DNA of 64,000 nucleotides, taken from Bdellovibrionota bacterium (lineage in GTDB: Bacteria; Bdellovibrionota_G; JALEGL01; DATDPG01). This document shows, piece by piece, positions 50,064-59,658 of this stretch. The translations under genes were made by a program, and so were the position numbers. A model generated the notes under the pieces. The model was not told the origin of the DNA, made no database searches, and saw nothing but the letters and a program-made list of their open reading frames with translations. Each line of letters opens with the position of its first letter. The first letter of the stretch is position 1. Location: the NCBI GenBank assembly GCA_963668355.1, contig OY764265.1:992001-1056000 (forward strand). Reading direction: 5' to 3'.

Positions 50064-50689
50064 TGACCCTCACAACCCTCGGGCCTTATCTCATCGCCTG
50101 CACGTTGCTTGCGCTGGCCCCTGGGCCTGACAATATTTTAGTCATTTCCCTAGGTCTTTCGCATGGGCGAAAAGAAGCTGTATTAACTGCTTGGGGTATG
50201 GTTTCAGGAATTATTGTTCACACGGCAGCCGCTGCTTTAGGCATCAGTGCCATATTGAGAAGCAGTCAAGTTGCCTTCCATCTCATCCAATATGCCGGTG
50301 CAGGATATTTACTCTATTTGGCTTCGAGAATCCTCGTTAAAAAAAAGGGAATTAAAGCAGAGAGCTCTTCGAGAGTTCCTAAGGGTCTACTGAGACATTA
50401 CCAACAGGGATTCCTTATGAACGTTCTAAACCCCAAGGTAGCTTTATTTTTTTTGGCTTTCCTTCCTCAGTTTGTCGACCCTTCATTAACAACATCCGTT
50501 TGGTTTCAAATGATTGTTCTAGGATTCGTTTTCATGGCTGTAGCTTTTGTGATCTTTTCCATGATCGGTCTTTTTGCGGGTACGCTGGGACGTTTTTTAA
50601 CGAAAAGTTTCAGAATTCAAAAAACGTTAGAATGGCTTTCTGCAGGTGTTTTTGTGGTTGTAGCGATGGTTCTCATCTTCGGAAAATAA
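50063..50689 (+). CDS. LysE/RhtB-family translocator
   Basis: PGPDN, GAGYLLYLA, NVLNPKVALFFLAFLPQF. Confidence 0.93.
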   Translation: MTLTTLGPYLIACTLLALAPGPDNILVISLGLSHGRKEAVLTAWGMVSGIIVHTAAAALGISAILRSSQVAFHLIQYAGAGYLLYLASRILVKKKGIKAESSSRVPKGLLRHYQQGFLMNVLNPKVALFFLAFLPQFVDPSLTTSVWFQMIVLGFVFMAVAFVIFSMIGLFAGTLGRFLTKSFRIQKTLEWLSAGVFVVVAMVLIFGK

Positions 50690-50751
50690 GGAGTTTTTTC
50701 CTTAAGGAATTGAAAGATTGATTAAAGGTGAAAGGAAATTAAGCGGATTTG

Positions 50752-51405
50752 CTAAGAAATCAGCTCGCGCATTTGCTTGATCGTCTTTGCATAGTCCTTT
50801 GAACCAAACAGCGTGGAACCGGAAACAAACACATCCACTCCGGCTTTATTGATCTCAGCCATATTTTCCAAATCCACCCCCCCATCGACTTCGATGAGAA
50901 GGTCATTTGCATACCGTTCAGATTTTTTGCGAAGCGAACGAATTTTCTGAAGCATGTCCGGAATGAACTTTTGGCCAGAAAAACCGGGATTGACCGACAT
51001 CAACAAGACCATTTCGATGTCGTCCCAAATATGATCCAAAACAAAGAGCGATGTCGCAGGATTCAATGCCACGGCTGGCTTGACTCCAACTTCGCGAATG
51101 AGACTCAAGGTTCTCTGTAAATGCTTGGTGGTCTCTGGATGAATCGAGATGATATCGGCTCCCGCCTCTCGAAAATCTTTTATGTATCGTTCTGGCGACT
51201 CGATCATGAGATGGACGTCAAAGGGCAGTTTCGTTGTTTTCCTGAGCGCGCGGATCACGGGAGGCCCCAGGGTGATGTTGGGAACGAAATTTCCATCCAT
51301 CACGTCTATATGAATCCAGTCTGCACCGGCTTTTTCGACCGCCTCAATTTCTTCTTGGAGTCTGGCAAAATCCGCCGAAAGTATGGATGGGGCAATTCGT
51401 TTCAT
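50752..51405 (-). CDS. rpe: Ribulose-phosphate 3-epimerase
   Basis: IAPSILSADF, HIDVMDGNFVPN, DVHLMI, MSVNPGF, VDGG. Confidence 0.97.
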   Translation of the reverse strand: MKRIAPSILSADFARLQEEIEAVEKAGADWIHIDVMDGNFVPNITLGPPVIRALRKTTKLPFDVHLMIESPERYIKDFREAGADIISIHPETTKHLQRTLSLIREVGVKPAVALNPATSLFVLDHIWDDIEMVLLMSVNPGFSGQKFIPDMLQKIRSLRKKSERYANDLLIEVDGGVDLENMAEINKAGVDVFVSGSTLFGSKDYAKTIKQMRELIS

Positions 51406-51406
51406 T

Positions 51407-52369
51407 TCAATACTCTTTTCTCCAAAGCTCTTTTCCCTTGGAAACCAGTCTTACCAAACTCCCCTTCGGGAGCCAAAAAACGAATTCCGAATTTTTTCCC
51501 GGTTTGAGCTGGACATCCATGGCATAGGTCTGAATCTCTTCGGGCCGACGCAGCCACAAACGAGCTCGTTGGGGGGTCAGACTCGGTTTCGATTTTACCG
51601 AGATATACTTGAGGTCCCCATGAAGGGACTCGTTTTTTTCTTTCTTTTCAGACGATGGAGACGTTGCCACCCAAAACTCAATGGGTTCATAGGGTTCAAT
51701 CGTTCCGCCTGCCGAAGGTTTGGTTAGAAACACCGTGCCTTCGGGGAGATCGTTTCGGACCTCTCGATGCAAAATCGGAGAAAAAAATCCAGCCTCATAA
51801 AACAAGGGAAGCGTTTCTTGATAGGAGCGCAAAACAACATCTGGCATCAAAAATCGACGATTACACGAACCGGTTGAAATTAAGAGATCAACGCCCTCTG
51901 AACTCACCACCTCTCCAGACGGCGGATCCTGCGCCAACACCACATCCATTCGATACCGGTCCGAACAGCTTCGCGCCGCATCATGAGCCGGCAACGAAGA
52001 AGATTTCAACACCTGGTGGGCAGCTTTTCGGGTTAAACCGATGACTCGTGGAGCGCGTCTTTCACGAGGTCCCTTGGAAAGGTTTACGCGAACCGTTCTT
52101 CCCACCTGAACCGTTTCTTCCGCGATCGGATACTGGGACGTCACCGAACCTTTGGCGATGTGATCATTCATCTCCAAACGCTGCACTTCAATAACAAGAC
52201 CTCGACTTGCGAGGAGGTGTTCTGCCTCTTGGGAACTCTTTCCAACCACGGAGGGGACCACAACTTCCTGCCCAGACTCGACCAGAAAAGAAATGGTTAA
52301 AATGGCCGTGGTCCCAGCGGCCCCCATGAACAAAGCAGCATAGAGAGCCAAACGAATCCATTTTTTCAT
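51407..52369 (-). CDS. Membrane-anchored PASTA-domain protein (about 3 repeats, no kinase domain)
   Basis: N-terminal TM; VPSVVGKS...QYP, APRVIGL...QDPP, MPDVV repeats; ATG 52369 overlaps the fmt stop. Confidence 0.85.
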   Translation of the reverse strand: MKKWIRLALYAALFMGAAGTTAILTISFLVESGQEVVVPSVVGKSSQEAEHLLASRGLVIEVQRLEMNDHIAKGSVTSQYPIAEETVQVGRTVRVNLSKGPRERRAPRVIGLTRKAAHQVLKSSSLPAHDAARSCSDRYRMDVVLAQDPPSGEVVSSEGVDLLISTGSCNRRFLMPDVVLRSYQETLPLFYEAGFFSPILHREVRNDLPEGTVFLTKPSAGGTIEPYEPIEFWVATSPSSEKKEKNESLHGDLKYISVKSKPSLTPQRARLWLRRPEEIQTYAMDVQLKPGKNSEFVFWLPKGSLVRLVSKGKELWRKEY

Positions 52370-53295
52370 GGCGCATCCCAAGACCCGCGCGAAAAATCCG
52401 CATGACCTCGAATGAATTCTTCCGATGTGAGACTTCTCTTTCCTTCAGGTTGGATGGATTCGATGGAGAGCCACTCGTCTTTGCAGGCAACCCACAGTTG
52501 ATTGGATTGGATCCGAATCGTTCCCGGCTGGCTTTGGGATTCTTCTCCCGTCAATTGTGAACGATGGAACTTGATGCGTTTTCCTTGTGAAAACGCGAAC
52601 GCCCCCGGCCAAGGATTTAAACCTCGAATTTGATTGTGAATCGCTTGAGCGGGTCGATCCCATTCGATTCGTCCTTCCCCTTTTTCCAAAAGAGGGGCAA
52701 ACGTCACCTCTTTTGGATCTTGAGGCTGAAATACGGCCCTTCCCTCATGAATCAGGTCCAGAGCCTCCAGCAATGCTTTTCCTCCCAAAGGGGCCAAGCG
52801 AGCTTCCAGTTCGCCTGTTGTTTCATTGGGATCAATGGGCGTTTTGGCCGTGTGACACACATCTCCCGCATCCAGTTCTTTTACAATTTCCATAATGGAC
52901 ACACCGGAAGCTGGATCACCCGAAAGAATTGCACGATGAATGGGAGAAGCCCCTCTCCAACGTGGCAATAAGGACGCGTGAACGTTGATGGTCAGTTTTG
53001 GAATGGCGAGAAGCGAGTCCGGAAGTAAGCGCCCAAAAGCAGCAACCACAAATACGTGAGCATCACACGCCCGGAGTTGCTCCAAGAAATCCTTCGACTT
53101 CATCTTGCTTGGCTGCACAACTTCCAAGCCCGCCTTCTGGGCATATTCTTTAACGGGTGGGGGAGTCAGCTTTCGGCCCCTTCCCGCAGGACGATCCGGT
53201 TGAGTCACGACCAATTCCACTCGACGCCCGCTTTTCACAATGGCATCCAAAGAGGCCACCGCAAAAGAAGGGCTTCCAAGAAAAACAAGCCGGGA
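52366..53295 (-). CDS. fmt: Methionyl-tRNA formyltransferase (start codon unresolved, see findings)
   Basis: SRLVFLGSPSFA, VVTQPDRPAGRG, NVHASLLPRWRGASPI, LDAGD, RGLNPWPGA. Confidence 0.95.
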   Translation of the reverse strand, partial: SRLVFLGSPSFAVASLDAIVKSGRRVELVVTQPDRPAGRGRKLTPPPVKEYAQKAGLEVVQPSKMKSKDFLEQLRACDAHVFVVAAFGRLLPDSLLAIPKLTINVHASLLPRWRGASPIHRAILSGDPASGVSIMEIVKELDAGDVCHTAKTPIDPNETTGELEARLAPLGGKALLEALDLIHEGRAVFQPQDPKEVTFAPLLEKGEGRIEWDRPAQAIHNQIRGLNPWPGAFAFSQGKRIKFHRSQLTGEESQSQPGTIRIQSNQLWVACKDEWLSIESIQPEGKRSLTSEEFIRGHADFSRGSWDAP

Positions 53296-53299
53296 ACAA

Positions 53300-53839
53300 T
53301 CAAATGGCGGGAGCGGAGCCGTCGGAGTTCCTTTCTTCGCGTTTTCTCTTTTTCATTTCGGTTCGGTAAAGGTCTCGTTTACCCGAACTCACATAATTTA
53401 CGAGAAGCTTTCCATCCAAATGATCCATTTCATGCTGGAAACAAATGGCCAAGAGACCTTCGGCCTCTAGCTCAAAAGGAGAGCCGTCCACGTTTTGACC
53501 TTTAAGGGAAATGATGGAGGCGCGATCCACCTCGGCCGTGAAGCCCGGAAGACTTAAGCAACCTTCTTCAATGCAAGCTTCGCCCTCTCTGGCGACAATT
53601 TCCGGATTGCAGACTTGATAGATGGGTCCATCGGAATCATCTTCCAGCGGTACCTGTAACACGATCAAACGAAGACTTTCGCCAACCTGGGGGGCCGCCA
53701 AGCCGATGCCATTGGAATCTTTCATGGTTTCCACCATGTCTTGAGCCAATTGGGCCAATTCTTCATCAAACGCTTCCACAGGTCGCGCAACCCGCTGCAA
53801 TACAGGATCTGGAAAGGTTCGTATTTTTCGTAACGCCAT
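53300..53839 (-). CDS. def: Peptide deformylase
   Basis: GIGLAAPQVG, EGCLS, QHEMDHLDG. Confidence 0.97.
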   Translation of the reverse strand: MALRKIRTFPDPVLQRVARPVEAFDEELAQLAQDMVETMKDSNGIGLAAPQVGESLRLIVLQVPLEDDSDGPIYQVCNPEIVAREGEACIEEGCLSLPGFTAEVDRASIISLKGQNVDGSPFELEAEGLLAICFQHEMDHLDGKLLVNYVSSGKRDLYRTEMKKRKREERNSDGSAPAI

Positions 53840-53902
53840 AACGTAGCCACTATAACCGGATTCCAAGACAGAATAAAGCGGGAGTCCGCCAAGAAAGCGA
53901 GT

Positions 53903-54649
53903 TTACGCTTTTGAGTTGCGTTTTTTGGCTGAAAGAATGCTTCGCAGAAACACGGCCATATCGTTTCGACGGGTGGGGGTCAGATCCACAAATTGAATTC
54001 CCACACCTTCCGAAAAATCATCTTGAACCTGAGAGGCCCCTTTTCGAATATGGACCACTTCTCCATCGATCATGAATTTTCGCTTGGCCGTCGGATGTAA
54101 AATCACGATGTTTAAGGTTTCCCCCAAGGACACATCTCCTGGAGGCATGCGCAGAAACAACCCCCCCTTGCTCAAGTTGTCCGAAATGACTTTTTGGACT
54201 TCCTTCTTCGAGCGAAGTTCCACAACAATTTGAGTCTTCACCCGGGGGTATTTTCGACATCCAATGCCGCGCGCATCCAGCAAGCGATCAATCAATTTAT
54301 CAAACGTTCTAGCGTTTTTGGTCTCCACACGAAGAAAATGGACGGCCATCCCAGCCACTTCTTGGACACGGTTGGGACCCACGACGCGCGTGATTTTTCC
54401 GGTGACTCGAATGGGCTCGGAGGAATTGCTCAAAACCACCTGCAACTGGACTTTTTCTCCGACCTTCGCAAAAGGATCGGTCGTCTCTAAAAACACTCCA
54501 CTTTTGCTTAAATTTCCCGAGTAATTCTCGAAACCACCGCCTTCTCCGATGACCTTAATCCGAACCTTGGTTTCAATGCGGGGTTTCCCTCGACGTTCAA
54601 TAATTTCGACAACCTGGGCCATAATCTGCTGTGTTTCATCATCTACCAT
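53903..54649 (-). CDS. Tandem PilZ-domain protein
   Basis: Two repeats each with RxxxR-like (RRGKPR, CRKYPR) and [D/N]xSxxG (NLSKSG, NLSKGG) motifs and GMAVHF/GVGIQF ends. Confidence 0.85.
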   Translation of the reverse strand: MVDDETQQIMAQVVEIIERRGKPRIETKVRIKVIGEGGGFENYSGNLSKSGVFLETTDPFAKVGEKVQLQVVLSNSSEPIRVTGKITRVVGPNRVQEVAGMAVHFLRVETKNARTFDKLIDRLLDARGIGCRKYPRVKTQIVVELRSKKEVQKVISDNLSKGGLFLRMPPGDVSLGETLNIVILHPTAKRKFMIDGEVVHIRKGASQVQDDFSEGVGIQFVDLTPTRRNDMAVFLRSILSAKKRNSKA

Positions 54650-54718
54650 CCCCACGCAACCCACAAGAAAAAGATACGACGGTCGGCGAGAACGCTCGCC
54701 CCCTCAAATGGTCTCTTC

Positions 54719-56323
54719 CTATTTTTTGAGTACTTTACTGGCGATGGATTTTAGCCAGCTCGATTTTTCTTGAGGTGCCGACCGTTTCATCTCTTCGGTC
54801 ATTTGGGCTTTGAGAGAGTTTGGGGTGTCTTTGGTGATCATTTTCGTTTGGGTCGTTTCACCGGTTTCAAAATCTCTGGCAAGCACCGTCAACAAACATT
54901 CTTCGGACAGGTCAAAACGAAGCTCCAACTTCTGTTCCTTTTGATTTCCTTGAGGAGGAGGAAACACAAAGGTCCCCAAATACTCATTCTCCAGAATATT
55001 GACGTTCTCGCCTTGGTAAATATCAATCTCAACGGCTTTCCCTTTTTCCATCGTCAATCGAAACGTTTTCGTCGCCGGAATGGGGGTGTTCTTATTGAGA
55101 ATGGGCTTAAAACGCCCGCTGGGCAAGGCAATGCCGATGGGAATGGAAAGCACATCCTTGAGTTTTGGAGCCCCCGTAAAGGCCTGAGGATTAGCCAAGA
55201 TGGCGGCCCCAAGAGCCACCACTTCGTCGGGATGAACCCCTTTTCGAGGGGCTTTGCCAAAATGTTGGTGAATTTTATTTTGAACCAGAGGCATTCGCGT
55301 CTGCCCCCCCACCAACAAAATTTCATTGATGTCCGTCGGCTTCATTCCCACAGACTCCATCACCTCATCACAGATGGTTAACGTTCGATCCACCAAATCC
55401 ATCGTCAATTGCATCAGCTGTTCCCGTTTTAGCTCCATATGCAAATCGATGGGTTCCCCTTGAATCTCCGTTAGATAAGGGAGTTGAAGTTTGACCATTT
55501 TTTCCTGAGAAAGATCCTGCTTCGCCCTTTCGGCCATGGCCCGAACCCGTTGTACGGCGACTTTCTCTTCGCGAATATCCTTCTCGGTCGACTCTTTAAA
55601 CTTCTCAAGAACGTACTCCGTAATCCTTGAATCGAAATCCACGCCCCCAAGGAACGTGTCTCCCCCGGTGGCCAACACTTTAAACACGTTTCCATTCACG
55701 TGCAGAATCGACAGGTCGAACGTTCCACCTCCCAGATCGTACACCAAGATCTTTTGGTCAAACCCTCGGTTGAAACCATATGCAATGGCAGCCGCCGTGG
55801 GTTCGTTCACAATGCGATCAACTTCAAGACCAGCCAACTTCCCGGCAATTTTTACGGCCTGTCGTTGGTTATCATTATAATAGGCGGGAACGGTAATGAC
55901 CGCTTTGTGGATCTCTCTCTGCAATTGCCCCTGAGCCATGTCGCGAATTTCGGCCAAAATGAAGGCCGAGATTCGGGCCAAACTGTAAATATTCTCGCCC
56001 AAAAGCACGGCAGCTTCTCCATTGGCGCCCTCGACAATATGATACGTCATGAGCTGGGCCATTTTCTGAACCACCAATGAATTAAACATGCGCCCAATCA
56101 AGCGCTTCGATCCAAAGATCGTGTCTCCGGGCTTGGTGACCATTTGGTCGACCGCTGGATGACCGACAATGATCTCTCCCTTGCGACTCAACCCAACGAC
56201 CGATGGAACTGTGGTATAGCCCTTTTCAGACGGAATGATTTTGGGCTTTCCGTTTTCTACAAAAGCCGCACACGTATTGGTCGTCCCGAGATCGATTCCA
56301 ATTTTGACTTCGCCTTCACTCAT
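54719..56323 (-). CDS. Hsp70-family protein (divergent DnaK paralogue lacking the helical lid)
   Basis: [37 protein letters not shown]; 534 aa. Confidence 0.92.
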   Translation of the reverse strand: MSEGEVKIGIDLGTTNTCAAFVENGKPKIIPSEKGYTTVPSVVGLSRKGEIIVGHPAVDQMVTKPGDTIFGSKRLIGRMFNSLVVQKMAQLMTYHIVEGANGEAAVLLGENIYSLARISAFILAEIRDMAQGQLQREIHKAVITVPAYYNDNQRQAVKIAGKLAGLEVDRIVNEPTAAAIAYGFNRGFDQKILVYDLGGGTFDLSILHVNGNVFKVLATGGDTFLGGVDFDSRITEYVLEKFKESTEKDIREEKVAVQRVRAMAERAKQDLSQEKMVKLQLPYLTEIQGEPIDLHMELKREQLMQLTMDLVDRTLTICDEVMESVGMKPTDINEILLVGGQTRMPLVQNKIHQHFGKAPRKGVHPDEVVALGAAILANPQAFTGAPKLKDVLSIPIGIALPSGRFKPILNKNTPIPATKTFRLTMEKGKAVEIDIYQGENVNILENEYLGTFVFPPPQGNQKEQKLELRFDLSEECLLTVLARDFETGETTQTKMITKDTPNSLKAQMTEEMKRSAPQEKSSWLKSIASKVLKK

Positions 56324-56394
56324 ACTGAATTTGCCCTTGATCCTTTAAGGTAGCTCTGAAAGGGTTTTCTTGGCAATAAACAGATGCTTCACCC

Positions 56395-58161
56395 ATGAAA
56401 AAAGAGAGAGCGCAGTTTACAAGCAAATGGATCCTTTTGCCCCTTTTTATCGGGGTCAGTCTGCTTGCCTTCGCTCCAAGCCTTTCCAACCCCTTTTTGT
56501 TCGACGATGTCACCATTCTAGCCAAAAACCAATGGCTGACCTTCAACCACCTTCCCGCCTTCTTTCGATCCTTTGTTCACACGTCTACGCTTCAATTCCC
56601 CGGATATCGTCCCTTGGTCATGTCCACCTTCGTTTTTGAAAATGAGTGGTTTGGCCTCGCGCCGGAGGTTTTTCGCTTAACCAACATTCTTCTTCACGCG
56701 TTGATGGCTTTTTTGGTTTTTTTCTTTGCTCAAAACATCCTATTTCGCTCTCTTCCGAACAAAGGGCGGTGGTCTCTACTGGCTGCCCTCATTTTTTGCC
56801 TTCATCCCGTTCAAACCAACGTCATCTCCTTGATTTGGAAACGAACGGATCTTCTGGTGGCTCTGGGAATTCTGGGTGCACTTTTATCCTTTGATGCTTT
56901 TGTTCGGACATCGGATCGAACCCGACTTCTTTACTGGTTTGTCGGGTTGATTTGCTCTCTGGTGGCCTTTCTCTCGAAAGAAATTTCCCTTCTTTTGTTT
57001 CCACTTCTGATTCTGTTCGATCTCTTTTTCTGGAAACCCCAGCTAAACGCTAAAAAACGAATTCTTCTGTATCTTCCCATTTTGGTTTTTTCCTTGGCCT
57101 ATGCCTGGATTCTTTTCAAAATTCTTCCCCACACACTTAAACCCATGCGAATGGCGGGAATGGAACATATTCCCTCCGCTCTGCAGTTGAGTTCTTTGGA
57201 TTATTTGAGTGTCCAGATTTCCGCCTGGTTTGAATACGCCCGCTTGGCGATTTGGCCCCATCCCTTGGAAGTTTTTCATCCACTCCCGACTTCCGAACTC
57301 TGGCTTCACACGTCCTTCTGGATGGGTCTCCTTTTTCTGGGATTCGTTTGTGGCGGGACCCTTGCCTTTTTCAAAAACCATCGCCCCATTTCGTTCAGTT
57401 TGCTTTGGTTTTTCTTGCTTCTTCTACCTGCCAGCAGCATATTTCCTCTGGCGCTACCGTTTGACGAAGATCGTCTCTACCTTCCTCTGATGGGCTTCTC
57501 CATACTCTTGACCTATCTTTCGTTTCAAACGTTTTCCTTCTTCTCTTCCTACAAAACAAAATCCTTCCGCTCCATTTACAAGGGCGCGTTGATTCTTCTC
57601 GTTTGCGTTTACGTTTTGCTTGCGTGGTCACGGCTTTTCGAATGGAAAAGCGGGCTTTCTCTCTGGGCCAGCAATGTTTCAGCCTACCCCGAAGATCCGC
57701 GGCCCTGGGTTCAATTGGGCATTTCCTATGCCCAAGAGGAAAAAGAATTTCAAAAGGCCTATCAAGCCTTCCAACACGCCCTCATTTTGGATCCCGAGTT
57801 TGGATCCGCGCATTACTTTTATGGTGAAGCCCTGATGAAAGCCGGTCAGTTCGAAAAAGCGCGCGTTCCACTTCACCGGGCCCTCCGTCTGAACGCCCTC
57901 CGACCCAAAGCGCTCAACCTTTTGGGAACCAGCCACTTAAAAACCAACGAACCGGCCCTGGGACTGACCTATCTCGTAGAAGGGTTGACTTTGGATCAAA
58001 AAGACCTGGTGGCATTTAGAAACCTATCACTGCTACTGGAGCGCTATCACCAACCCCAAGCCAGCCGGGAAATCCTGAAGAAAGCCTGGTGGATCAACCC
58101 CAACGACCCCGAAACCAACCGCCGCCTCGGGGTCAGGTCCCCCTTGGGAAGTTCAGACTAA
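56395..58161 (+). CDS. GT-C-fold membrane glycosyltransferase with TPRs (TMTC/protein O-mannosyltransferase-like)
   Basis: FLFDD after TM1, YRPL, HPVQT, SKE, EDRLYLP; many TM helices; C-terminal TPRs. Confidence 0.8.
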   Translation: MKKERAQFTSKWILLPLFIGVSLLAFAPSLSNPFLFDDVTILAKNQWLTFNHLPAFFRSFVHTSTLQFPGYRPLVMSTFVFENEWFGLAPEVFRLTNILLHALMAFLVFFFAQNILFRSLPNKGRWSLLAALIFCLHPVQTNVISLIWKRTDLLVALGILGALLSFDAFVRTSDRTRLLYWFVGLICSLVAFLSKEISLLLFPLLILFDLFFWKPQLNAKKRILLYLPILVFSLAYAWILFKILPHTLKPMRMAGMEHIPSALQLSSLDYLSVQISAWFEYARLAIWPHPLEVFHPLPTSELWLHTSFWMGLLFLGFVCGGTLAFFKNHRPISFSLLWFFLLLLPASSIFPLALPFDEDRLYLPLMGFSILLTYLSFQTFSFFSSYKTKSFRSIYKGALILLVCVYVLLAWSRLFEWKSGLSLWASNVSAYPEDPRPWVQLGISYAQEEKEFQKAYQAFQHALILDPEFGSAHYFYGEALMKAGQFEKARVPLHRALRLNALRPKALNLLGTSHLKTNEPALGLTYLVEGLTLDQKDLVAFRNLSLLLERYHQPQASREILKKAWWINPNDPETNRRLGVRSPLGSSD

Positions 58162-58212
58162 CAAAGGTTATCAAGGCCAAGTGGTTTCGAATTGGAGGCA
58201 ACAAAAACAAAC

Positions 58213-58241
58213 GTGAAAAATTGTTTCGAAGCTGCTAAAAG
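58213..58241 (+). promoter_or_regulatory. Possible sigma-70 promoter of tRNA-Leu
   Basis: GTGAAA-N17-TAAAAG with extended TG and a C-rich discriminator before the tRNA. Confidence 0.35.
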
Positions 58242-58254
58242 CCCCCTCGATATT

Positions 58255-58437
<183 letters not shown>

Positions 58438-58560
58438 ACCCCCTTAATGATCCCGTCGCGATCAGGGATCTAGAAGGGGAGTTGATTTCCACTTGACACA
58501 ATGGCCCATGAAAAATAGGTAACTTCCACGTTTACAAACCCTTTGGGTGGAGGTGTCCCC

Positions 58561-59610
58561 ATGAAGCTTTTTTTCAGCCTAGCCACGACGCTCTTTTTTT
58601 TGATGCTCTACGCGAATCCGACCCTCGCACAACACCGAACCGTTGAACGTTCGCCAAAGGTCGACAACTACTTACATGAGGCCAGTTACGCCTTGGAAGA
58701 CCTTCAAGAAAGAAATCTTCTTAAAATGGAACAATCACTTGGAAGGGGTTTCTTAGAAATTCAAAACATGGTGGATTCCTACACTCCCGATCCTCGAACC
58801 AATGCCTACCTTAGATTAAGAGGATGGGGACAGCTCGTTTGGACACAGATCATGCATCGTCTGATGGCGATTCAAAACGGACTCTACGAGGATGAACTAC
58901 GCTTTGCCGAAAGGGTTGCTTTGGATCGGCAAGCTCGAGCCTCACTGGATTTGGTCGAAACATCCGTTCAACGTCTTTACAAATTACTCGAAGCTAAAAA
59001 CAAATTCGGATTTGATGTTGAAATCGACGCTTTTGCTCAAGACTTGTTTAAAAACGACACCCACGATGTAGACTACAAAGACATCATCGCCGAGTTTCAA
59101 TCCACCTTTTTGGAGCGACGAGATGCTGTGGTGGCCCGAATTGAATCGGGAGAGCATCCTGGAATTTTTGACCCTGCGGATCTTCCAAAAGGAACACGAT
59201 ATGCCAAGCTCTATCAAGAACACCTGGATCGTCTCTCGGATGAAACGTGTCGGGTGGACGAAATTTTCATTCGTCTGGCTGAGTTTGACGGCAATCGGTT
59301 GAACCAACTGATGGTAGAAGCCCAAACGGCACCCTCGGAAGCAACAAGAGAAGCTGCCAAGAATGAGATCAAAGTTCAGCTGATGGTCTTTGAAGACGCC
59401 TTGGATGCTTCTGAAACGGACCCCTCTTTTTCAAACTTGATGCAATACTTCGAGCGAAGTGGATACCTGGCTTTTGAACCTTGGGGTGGATATCCCGAGG
59501 ACTTTCACGATGCCATGGTGTTAATTCATCAAGCCAAAAGCAAGCTGGAAGAACAAACTCAACCGGATGCGCTAAAAAATATGTACGCCATGGGTGACGT
59601 TCTTCAATAA
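58561..59610 (+). CDS. Exported alpha-helical hypothetical protein
   Basis: GGAGGT RBS; signal peptide (TLA-QH); no motif recognised. Confidence 0.7.
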   Translation: MKLFFSLATTLFFLMLYANPTLAQHRTVERSPKVDNYLHEASYALEDLQERNLLKMEQSLGRGFLEIQNMVDSYTPDPRTNAYLRLRGWGQLVWTQIMHRLMAIQNGLYEDELRFAERVALDRQARASLDLVETSVQRLYKLLEAKNKFGFDVEIDAFAQDLFKNDTHDVDYKDIIAEFQSTFLERRDAVVARIESGEHPGIFDPADLPKGTRYAKLYQEHLDRLSDETCRVDEIFIRLAEFDGNRLNQLMVEAQTAPSEATREAAKNEIKVQLMVFEDALDASETDPSFSNLMQYFERSGYLAFEPWGGYPEDFHDAMVLIHQAKSKLEEQTQPDALKNMYAMGDVLQ

Positions 59611-59658
59611 CGTTTTGAGCTTCCCTCGACACCTTCGTATGGCTTAAGATCGATTTTC

